Source: Felis catus
Lineage: Eukaryota
Direction of reading: 5' to 3'
Length of the DNA: 64,000 nt
Assembly (NCBI RefSeq): GCF_018350175.1
Contig: NC_058369.1
Location: forward strand, 8,062,001-8,126,000
The notes beneath the pieces are model-generated. The model saw nothing but the letters and a program-made list of their open reading frames with translations. It was not told the origin of the DNA and ran no database searches. Made by a program: the position numbers and the translations under genes. This document shows positions 1-9,302 of the stretch, in pieces. The number at the start of each line of letters is the position of its first letter. The stretch's first letter is position 1.

Positions 1-85
1 GAGGGCGTCCGCTTCCGCTCCCCTTACGACGGCGACGAGTCCCTTCTGAGCCCCGAGAAGTCCGTGGAGATCCAGAACGCCTTAG
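1..85 (+). CDS. QTRT1: QTRT1 internal coding exon (5' end outside the window)
   Basis: Frame from base 1 reads [28 protein letters not shown](G), the TGT F-R-S-P-x-D-G motif. Donor AG|gtgagc at 85/86. Confidence 0.93.
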
Positions 86-559
86 GTGAGCGAGTCTCGA
101 GCCGCCTCCTCTTCCCCTGCTTCTAGGGGTTGGAGGTGAGGCGGGCCCTTTGCTTACGTGCAGCTTGGCTGTGGGTAAGTCACTCCCGCTGTCTAAGCTT
201 TGGAAGAGCCAACTCAAATGAGGATAGCGCCCGGGGGAATAATGACGTAATGTTTGTAAATCTCTTAACCCAGTGCCTGGCTTTTATTATTTTTATTGCT
301 GTTATTTCTCTTAAATGGCAAATTAGTCGGGCAAAGATATGTTGAAATAAGGGGGGCAACAAGGGGAGAGTGAGGAAGCTTTAAGTCCCTCCCATCTCCA
401 TCAATATCCCTCACTCCTTGATAAGGACAATGAACATTTCCCTTTTAATATGTATTATATGTAATCGATTTTGGCTAAAATCAAGTGTAACATATATATA
501 TTATACATCATATAGTTTCTCACTGTAACTCCTTCCCTCCCCCTTCCCCCCCCCTCCCC

Positions 560-1215
560 CAGCAATTTGCTTCTTGAAGAAATGGGTTCTTTTCCCCTGT
601 AGTGTTTCACATGGTCTGAATTTTGCGGATCACATCCCCATGGTGTTGTGTGACAGTTTTCTTCTGCCTTCTAGATTTACTGTAGGTGGTAGTTAGATCT
701 AGAGGTTTGAGCCAGATTCCCGTTCTTGTGTCCTTTGGCAAGAGGGCTTCATAGGGTGTATATTTCCATCCGGGAGCTGGTAATGTCTGCCCGTCTCTCC
801 CAGTGAGCCATCAGGCTCTTTGCCTGGGAGTATCATGCTATGAGGAGTTCCAAGATGGTAATGTTCTTTTCTTCATTTATCAGCTAGATTATTTCTGTAA
901 AGGGAAAAGTGCCTCACCTACTCCTGAGAGACCAAGTAGTTCAATTCATACAGGGAAAGTGGGATTCCTCCTTTTCCTTCTTTTCCAGTTTTCATGAATT
1001 GATTCCTTCACATCCGCCAGCAGTAATGAACTAATCTTTAGTTTTTTTAGGATCACCATGAAATCATGGGTTTAAATGTCGTTGATGTGTCTCACTCTAT
1101 TGCAGCTGGATCGAGCCTCATTGATTCTTTTTGTGTCTGGCTTATTTCACTGAGCATAATGTCCACAAGGTTGTAGTATGTGTCGGGATTTCCTTCCTTT
1201 TTAAGACTGAATAAG
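560..1215 (-). mobile_element. Old L1 (L1M-type) 3' fragments
   Basis: Contains antisense L1 3'-region phrases such as tgtgtctggcttatttcactgagcataatgtcc...ttccttcctttttaagactgaataa. Confidence 0.5.
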
Positions 1216-1563
1216 GCACTCCCTAAATTGGATTTTCGTAAAAGATTATAATTGTCTTTGTTTTGCTTCCAAGTAGGTATGCCATAAGCGTAAGAAAAAA
1301 AAAACCTTTGGTTTTGAGAAGTTTCTAGATTTTGGAATTGTGGGAAAGGGACTTTCTGTGAAGGGTTAGACCATGATTTATTTAGCCAGACCTCTGTTGG
1401 TGGTCACTGGGGCTCGCATGGTGCTATTGCCTGCCACACCGTGGCGAATCACTTTGTGTACACAACATTTTGCTCTTGAAGGGTAAATTTGCAGAAGTGG
1501 GATTTATTCTCTGTGCCCGGGCAGGATTTTAGCTGCCCAGGGTGAGGCAGGATCAAATGTGCA

Positions 1564-2063
1564 TTTTATTTATTTATTTAATTTAATTTCTATTTTAAAA
1601 ATTTCTGTTAATGTTTACTTCCTTTTGAGAGAGAGAGAGAGATAGAGAGAGAGCATGCGTGGGAACGTGATAAGCAGGGGAGGGGCACAGAGAAAGAGGG
1701 AGACACAGAATCCGAAGCAGGCTCCAGGCTCCGAGCTGTCAGCACAGAGCCCGACGTGGGGCTCGAACTCACAAACTGGGAGATCATGACCTGAGCCGAA
1801 GTTGGACGCTTAACCGACTGAGCCACCCAGGAGCCCCTTGTTTATTTATTTTAAATGCTTATATATTTTTGAGAGAGGGAGAGAGAGACAGAGTGCGTGC
1901 GCGTGTATACGGGGAGGGGCAGAGAGAGAGTGGGACAGAGGATCCAAAGCGGGCTCCATGCTGACAGCAGAGAGCCCCATGCAGGGCTCGAACCCATAAA
2001 CCGTGAGATCATGACCTGAGCCAAAAGCTGGATGCCCAACTGACTGAGCCACCCAGGCGCCCC
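1564..2063 (-). mobile_element. Two tandem felid Can-SINEs (about 1564-1837 and 1845-2063)
   Basis: Each has a T-rich tail, (GA)n, body and the head ...gactgagccacccaggcgcccc (reverse complement of the tRNA-derived 5' end). Confidence 0.9.
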
Positions 2064-2222
2064 AAACGTGTATTTTAAAAAGTTCCCTCTGGCCATTGTA
2101 TAAACAGCCTGGGGGACTATGTGGGAGTCAGCAAGACTCAAGATGACCCAAGGAGGGACATCTAGGGTCCAGCTTGTCCCCAGTAGGAAGTGAGGGCTTT
2201 CCCAGTGATGTGCTGCTGCTTC

Positions 2223-2443
2223 TTTTTTTTAAGCAAGTTTTTTTTTTTTTTAAGTTTATTTATTTCTTTTGAGAGAGAGAGTAAGGGAGGGGCAGAGAGA
2301 GAGGGAAAGAGAGAATCCCAAGCAGGTTCCTCACTGCCACTGCAGAGCCCAATGTGGGGCCTGATCTCAAGAACTGTGAGATCATGACCTGAGCTGAAAC
2401 CAAGAGTCTGATGCTTAACCAGCCGAGCCACCCAGACGTCCCC
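2223..2443 (-). mobile_element. Can-SINE immediately upstream of a QTRT1 acceptor
   Basis: Full SINE structure with approximate target-site duplication cccagtgatg at 2201-2210 and 2442-2451. Confidence 0.9.
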
Positions 2444-2473
2444 CAGTGATGGTGCCTCTTTCTCACCCCCCAG

Positions 2474-2552
2474 GCTCCGACATTATCATGCAACTGGATG
2501 ATGTGGTCAGCAGCACTGTGACAGGGCCACGCGTGGAGGAGGCCATGTACAG
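2474..2552 (+). CDS. QTRT1: QTRT1 coding exon (79 nt)
   Basis: Acceptor ccccag|; reads (G)[25 protein letters not shown](R), the TGT SDIxMxLD motif; donor AG|gtgtgt. Phase matches both neighbours. Confidence 0.95.
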
Positions 2553-2613
<61 letters not shown>

Positions 2614-2636
2614 TGTGTGTGTGTGTATGTGTGTGT
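2553..2636 (+). repeat. Interrupted (GT)n microsatellite
   Basis: 84 nt of GT repeat with three AT interruptions, starting at the intron donor GT. Confidence 0.97.
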
Positions 2637-2707
2637 ACTGGGAGGGGATCATAGCCCTGGAGCCTTGTCTCTTTACCCTAGGGCTCATGACTGGGTCCCT
2701 CTTCCAG

Positions 2708-2823
2708 GTCAATCCGCTGGCTGGACCGGTGCATTGCAGCCCATCAGCGGCCAGATAAGCAGAACCTCTTTGCCATCATCCAGGGCGGGCTGGACGAGGA
2801 TCTCCGGGCCACCTGCCTTGAAG
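2708..2823 (+). CDS. QTRT1: QTRT1 coding exon (116 nt)
   Basis: Acceptor cttccag|; reads [38 protein letters not shown] with the conserved LFxIxQGG motif; donor AAG|gtagag. Confidence 0.95.
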
Positions 2824-3822
2824 GTAGAGCCACGTGCCGGTAGCCGGTAGATCCAGGGCTCGTCCATCACCGAGGGCCCCACCCCCGGGCCTGGCACGTG
2901 ATGGCGCTGACGGGGGTTGTTAATGGGCGGAAGGAATAGCTGAAGCAAAGGCACGGAGGCAGACATGGCAGTAGAATGTTTGCAGAATAATGGTGGTTTC
3001 AAAAGCTAGCAATTTCATACTGTTCACCAGACACTGTGCCACGTGCTGGTCACAGACTGACCCATTTGGTTTTCGTAACCGTCCTGTAAGGTGGGAACTA
3101 CCAGGTTCCCGTGGTTACAAAAGAGGAAACTGAAGCACAGAGCTGTTAAGTCACTTAACCCAGCCACCCGGCTTGGATGTTGCAGAGGTAGGATTTGGCC
3201 CTAGGTCTTGGGCTCTGGAACCTGCAACATTAACCGAGACCCCGTGCTGCTTCCCCCTCAGGGTCAGGAGCGGTGCCTAGGGCATTCTGCTGATAGTGGG
3301 GGTACTGGGGAGCCATGGAGGGCCGTTGAGTAGGAGTGTGACAGGAAGCAAGGGGCATCATGGAGAAATTCGGGAAGCAGAAGCCCCATGAGGAGGTTGG
3401 AGTATCTGCCCAAGGGAAGAGTGCCAGTAAGGCCCATGTGAGGTCCGTGGCCGTGGAGACAAAAGGGGGCCAGAGATGGGGACTCAAAGGCAATAAAGTT
3501 TCATGGGCAAGGCTCTGGGTCCTGGCGTTTGGCTGGCTGGATCCACACCTCTGATCTGCTGCCTCATGGCTGTGCACCCTCGGGCAAGTGGCTCGGCCTC
3601 CGTAAAATGGGCACATCCTCCCGATGTCAAGAGGTCAAAGTGAGGTCAAATGGGAAGGTCTGTTCAAAGCGTTGTGCCTGTGCCTGGCATCAGGATGTTC
3701 TGTTGTGAAGACTGTCTTTGTCGTCATCCCTTTCGTCCTCAAACTGCGCCCAGTTCTGTGTCTAGTAAGCCTTTTGAACGGAGACCCCCTCCCCGGTCAG
3801 AGATACATTTCTGTGTTTCTTT

Positions 3823-4155
3823 CTTTTTTTTTTTTTTTTTAATGTTTATTTGCATATTATTAAAACATTTCTTTTTAATGTTTATTTTTGAGAGAGAGGG
3901 AGAGAGAGCACACAAGCGAGGTGGGGAGGGGCAGAGAGAGAGGGAGGCAAGACACAGAATCCGAATAGGCTCCAGGCTCTGAGCTGTCAGCACAGAGCCG
4001 GACGTGGGGCTTGAACCCACGAACCGTGAGAGCCCGACCTGAGCCGAAGGCAGACGCTTAACTGACCGAGCCACTCAGGCGTCCTAATTTGCTTATTTTG
4101 AGAGAGGAAGAGAAAGAGAGAGAGAGAGCATGAGTGTGCTGAGCAGGGGAAGATC

Positions 4156-4202
<47 letters not shown>

Positions 4203-4325
4203 CACCCAAGCAGGCTCCATGCTGAGCTCAGAGCTCGACGCAGGGATCCGTCCCATGACTGGGAGATCACGACCTGAGCCCATGTAGAGTCAGACGCTTA
4301 ACCAACTGAACCACCCAGGCGCCCC
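3823..4325 (-). mobile_element. Two tandem Can-SINEs, the second with a long (GA)n
   Basis: SINE heads end at about 4084 and 4325; flanking repeat gagatacatttc at about 3800 and 4327. Confidence 0.88.
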
Positions 4326-5234
4326 GGAGATACATTTCATGTCACAGCTCAGTATGTGTGGACATAGAAGAAAGCAGAAACCAAGGCTTCATGAACCGTT
4401 GCCCTAATACGTGAAACACTTTCTGGTATCGTCTGTTCTCTCATTCAAGAAAATCCTACCACTCTGGCCTTGCCCCGTCAAGTTCATTTCTTGGCCACCT
4501 GCAGGTCGCCAGGCACCGCCCTGACGGTGCTTCTCATCGTGCTCCAAGGCTTAGCTGCACCAGCCCCACCCGGCTTGTCCCCCACCACCGCGTCAGAGTC
4601 CGCGGTGAGGTGGGGCCCGGGAGGCCACATTTGAACAACCCGTCCCCAGTGGACTCTGCCGTTCATTCCAGCTTTAAAACCTGATGCTCGGACCGGGTCC
4701 GTTTCGTCGACGCCGTGGCCTCCCCTGGTCGAACGATACAACTGGGGCCCAGGGCACGTCTGGACTTTGAGGCCGCACCTGGGTTCAAGTCCAGCTTCTG
4801 CCATGTCTGGTCTGGGGTGGCAAGCCCCGAACACCTCAACGGCAGCGTAGAGCTGCAGCCTCTTCTCTGCAATTCTGGAGCCTAACAGCCCACTTCTAAA
4901 ACACGACTCCACCCAGGAATTTGCAACGAGCTCATTTGGTGGCCAGACCAGACCTATGTGGTCATTCACCCCCGCTGTTGGGAGTCCTCTGTGTGTTTTG
5001 TGGCAGAACCCTCAGAGGGTTTGAGGACAGGCCGTCGTCCGGCAGATAAGATGTGCACCGTTCTAAGATCTGGACAGTTCTCAGCTTTGAAACACATCTG
5101 CCTTCCTCTTAGGTTTCAGCTAAGGGAGCACAGGCTGTGGGCCTCCCCTGAGGACTGAAGGAGGGGATCTCACATGCAGTGGGGACTCGACAAGTGGTAG
5201 CTGAGGTCCCCAGCAGCCCTCAGACCGACAGACA

Positions 5235-5236
<2 letters not shown>

Positions 5237-5284
<48 letters not shown>
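5237..5284 (+). repeat. (CT)n microsatellite
   Basis: About 24 perfect CT units, not part of a recognisable SINE. Confidence 0.95.
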
Positions 5285-5287
<3 letters not shown>

Positions 5288-5389
5288 TGAGGGATTGTGG
5301 AGGTCCGGGCAGGGTCTGCCCTGGGGTCGCAGAGGAGGAGGCAGACTTTCTTTTGCCTGGCGGCCCCTCACCTTGCCCTGTACCCCCAG

Positions 5390-5528
5390 AGATGACCAAG
5401 AGGGACGTGCCGGGCTTCGCCATCGGGGGCCTGAGTGGGGGCGAGAGCAAGGGCCAGTTCTGGAGGATGGTGGCTCTGAGCACCTCAAGGCTGCCTAAGG
5501 ACAAGCCACGATACCTGATGGGGGTCGG
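5390..5528 (+). CDS. QTRT1: QTRT1 coding exon (139 nt)
   Basis: Acceptor ccccag|; reads [46 protein letters not shown](G), with TGT motifs GFAIGGLS and KPRYLMGVG; donor GG|gtatgt. Confidence 0.96.
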
Positions 5529-5778
5529 GTATGTGGAGGAGAGGGGAGAGAGCCCTACCTGTGGGGAGCGGGTTCCTGCCTGGGCCGGTATTGGTGGAAT
5601 GACACTGCCCTGCCTGTTGGGGGGACTCATGGGGCGGGGACTTGGCTTTCCTCTGGGGGCGGTTCAGAGGGAATGTGGCCCTGTCCCCGGGGAGTCTGAG
5701 TGTACGTGTGGGGGGAGCCCTGGGTGTGTGACCAGGGTGTGAGGTTCTCTGCTCCCTCCCCCGTGGCCCTCCCCCCAG

Positions 5779-5854
5779 CTATGCCACTGATCTGGTGGTC
5801 TGCGTGGCTCTCGGATGTGACATGTTCGACTGCGTCTTCCCCACCCGGACGGCG
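5779..5854 (+). CDS. QTRT1: QTRT1 coding exon (76 nt) containing the catalytic Asp motif
   Basis: Acceptor ccccag|; reads [25 protein letters not shown], the TGT DMFDCVxPTR motif; donor GCG|gtgagg. Confidence 0.96.
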
Positions 5855-5982
5855 GTGAGGCCCTGGGCAGGGGGCAGATGGGGGCGGACCTGGGGGGTTA
5901 AGGTGGGGGTGGGGCCGGTGAGGATGAAGACCTGGTTGACCCTACTCCCTGTCCCCCCCCCCCCCCACCCCACCCCCCACAG

Positions 5983-6092
5983 CGCTTTGGCTCTGCCTTG
6001 GTGCCCACCGGGAACCTGCAGCTGAAGAAGAAACAGTATGAGAAAGACTTCCGGCCCATAGACCCCGAGTGTGCCTGTCCCACCTGCCAGAA
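5983..6092 (+). CDS. QTRT1: QTRT1 coding exon (110 nt) with zinc-binding cysteines
   Basis: Acceptor ccacag|; reads [36 protein letters not shown](K), with CxCxxC; donor AA|gtaggg. Confidence 0.95.
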
Positions 6093-6180
6093 GTAGGGGA
6101 AGAGGGGGGCCCGGGGGCGGGGGGAGGGGGCGGAGGTGTGCGGGACCCTGCATCACTCGGCCCCGACCTCCTGTCCGCAG

Positions 6181-6268
6181 GCACAGCCGGGCCTTCCTGC
6201 ACGCACTGCTCCACAGCGACAACACCGCTGCCCTGCACCACCTCACCGTCCACAATATCGCCTACCAG
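6181..6268 (+). CDS. QTRT1: QTRT1 coding exon (88 nt)
   Basis: Acceptor ccgcag|; reads [29 protein letters not shown], with the TxHN zinc-ligand His; donor CAG|gtgggc. Confidence 0.95.
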
Positions 6269-6373
6269 GTGGGCCTGTGACCAGGACGGGCCAGGCGCAG
6301 GGTGGTGGTGGGAGGGTTCTGGGCGCCCCCCTCTCCTTCCCCCTGGGCTGACGCTGGCACCTACCCCCTGCAG

Positions 6374-6526
6374 CTGCGGCTGATGAGCGCTGTGCGTGCC
6401 AGCATCGTGGAGAAGCGCTTCCCTGACTTCGTGCAGGACTTCATGGGCACCATGTATGGGGACCCCACCCTCTGTCCTGCCTGGGCCACCGAAGCCCTGG
6501 CCTCTGTAGGAATCACACTGCGTTGA
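6374..6526 (+). CDS. QTRT1: QTRT1 last coding exon
   Basis: Acceptor ctgcag|; reads [53 protein letters not shown] at 6524-6526. Confidence 0.95.
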   Translation: MRLMSAVRASIVEKRFPDFVQDFMGTMYGDPTLCPAWATEALASVGITLR

Positions 6527-6799
6527 TCTGGTTCCGGCGAGGGAGGGAGGGAATGGGAGGTATTGAGGGATTTTTTTAAGATTATTATTCTAATTTAGAG
6601 TGTATCTGTGCCTTCTCGGGGAGGTGAGCTGTCTAGGACCTCTTCCTCCTCTGAGTGTCATTGTGGCCAATGTCCCCCCGCCCCGCTTCCTGTTGATGAT
6701 AATAATAAGTAATCATAGCAGCTGCTGATACCTGGGAACCACCTGGCACAGCCCAGCATGTCGCATGTGCCCCAGTGTGGGAGCTGCATCCTTTTTCCT

Positions 6800-7230
6800 G
6801 TGGCTTTGGCCCCCCTAGTCACCCTGACGGTGGGCACTCTCCTTCCCCGACTTATTACAGGTGAGGAAACAGGCCTAGAGAGGAAGCAGCTTGCCCAAGG
6901 TCACCACCGAGGAAGTGGCAGGCTGGCTCCAGAGCTCATGCTTTTAGCCTTGAACATGGCTTAATTTTGCCATCAGCAAACACAATGATGAAGACAGTAG
7001 GTGTGATATAGCAGGGTGCTTGCTTACACTGTGCCTGGGACTGTTCTGAACGGTTGTCATGTGTGTATTTGATTCTTGCAACTTTGTGATGCATGTATAG
7101 CTGCATCCCCCATTTTACAGATGAGACTGAGGCTCAGAGGAATGAAGTCACTTGGCCATTATCACCTGGCAAATACAGAGGCCCATGATCTAACCTAGAG
7201 ATGGCCAATTACAGAGCTGGTGCTCTTAGA
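6800..7230. mobile_element. MIR relics downstream of QTRT1
   Basis: MIR core phrases (ttacaggtgaggaaacaggc...cttgcccaaggtcac; ccccattttacagatgagactgaggctcagag). Similar relics recur at about 3030-3690, 10940-12130, 36790-36990, 43710-44560, 52400-52600 and 60310-60500. Confidence 0.65.
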
Positions 7231-8175
7231 AGATAAGGGGTTTTAAATTGGAAACGTAAGACTTGTATAGGATCCACTATTCTAATAGCATAAAAATGCA
7301 GCTACTTTGATTAGTTTGTGTATTCTTCCAGAAATTTCCACGTGTACATATTTTTCATGAATGTGGCGTCCTTTACCTGCCGCTCTGTACCTTTTTTTTC
7401 CTGTTAGTATATTTGAAATTGTTTACACGTCAGAACATGAAGACTTCCTGTCTTTTTTTACAGCTGTCTCACAGTGTTTATTTAACCGGCTCCCGTGAAT
7501 GGGTATGTAGGATGTTTACAGGTTTCTGTCACTGCCGTCAAGGCTACCATGCCAAAACCTTGTCGGTTGACTTTTTGCCCATCTCTCTGAGACGGGGCTT
7601 TTGGGTCTCCGAGCAGGCACATACCTTTGGCTGCTCTGCTAGCCTCCTCCCCACTGTTTCTTTATTCCCCTGTTACTGCCTCATCAGCCCACTTCCCTAC
7701 CTCCATTCCATCTGACTCCTTTTTGGGCTTCTTTGGCCAATCTATGCCCGCCCCCGGGGATCAGATCACTTCTTTTCATAAGATCCTTCCACCTATCCCC
7801 GGCTTTTTTCCCACGAGGAACAAGATTTCTAGTTCACAGAACCTCCAACACTGACTAGAAGATACCATTTCATGGCGAGAGGATCTGTTGGGTTTCATTG
7901 TGGACTTAAAAAGATCACGATGTGCTCTAGCCAAAGAGGCAGGGGAGCAACGTTGCAGGCAGGCATTAGCCAGACCAAGTCGGGGCGTGAGCGAAAGGTA
8001 TTCCCGGGAAAGGGCCCAGCATTTGCAAAAGCGTGGAGGTGGAACTTTATACACGAATGAAAGTGGAGCCAACGCTACAGCGCTACCGCCTCTCTCTAGG
8101 AACCACTAACGCCAGATTCTTCCAAACGCATTGAAACGCCGCGCGAGTAGCTGGTTTGCAAGCCCGGGGCCGAGA

Positions 8176-8195
8176 TGCATTCTGGGACTTGTAGT
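8176..8195 (-). promoter_or_regulatory. ZNF143/Staf (SBS) site with ACTACA extension (ZNF143-THAP11-HCFC1 type)
   Basis: Reverse complement is ACTACAAGTCCCAGAATGCA, matching the known ACTACAnnTCCCAnnATGC promoter motif. Confidence 0.75.
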
Positions 8196-8884
8196 TTTCT
8201 CTAGAGGCCGGAAACTCTGAAGCTACGATCATTACCGGGTCCCACCACGAGGTGTCGCTCTTCGGCGAGTACGACGGGCCTTATCCTTTACTCCAGAAGA
8301 CACTAATGGACCTACTACAACAATCATTAGAACGGGGGATTCTTTGATTGACAGGTTCTCAGTCAAAGTCAGGATTCGCAGGTCAAAGCCCGTCCTCTTT
8401 CGCCTTGTTGGCTGGAAGAACGGGGTGATATTTATATAAACCAATGGGAAATTCTTAGGGAACTAGGTGGTGTCAAGTGACAAACCAGTCTATGAATCGA
8501 TCCCTAACGTCACTGGCCTGCACTGTAGACTGGCGGGTCTTCCTGCCAGTAAGACTGTTGGGTTTTCTTGCCGTTCGGAAACTCCCCGCCCCAGTAGGCC
8601 GGGCCAACATTGCCTTTTCCCGAAACACCGCCTCCTGGCCTTGACAACTCGCTGCCCGACCCTATTGGCTCTTGCACAAAAACGACAGTTCTTGAGTCCA
8701 ATGAGTCCACCGCGAGGTCCCCAGGAGGAAGGATCATTCAGCCGTAGCCCTATACCTCATCTTCATTGGCTCCTGTTTACGAGTGGCAGCGCGACCGACC
8801 AATCGGGGGAAGTGTGAGGGCTTTGGGCGCAGCCCCCGGGCCCGGGCGGGAGGTCGCTCGGGTCGGGTGTCGTCTGAGAACCGG

Positions 8885-9302
<418 letters not shown>

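Noticed and set aside
1608..2431. Recurrent ORFs containing AQVMIS...SLEPASDSVSPSLS
   Set aside because: These are translations of Can-SINE consensus sequence, not a gene family.
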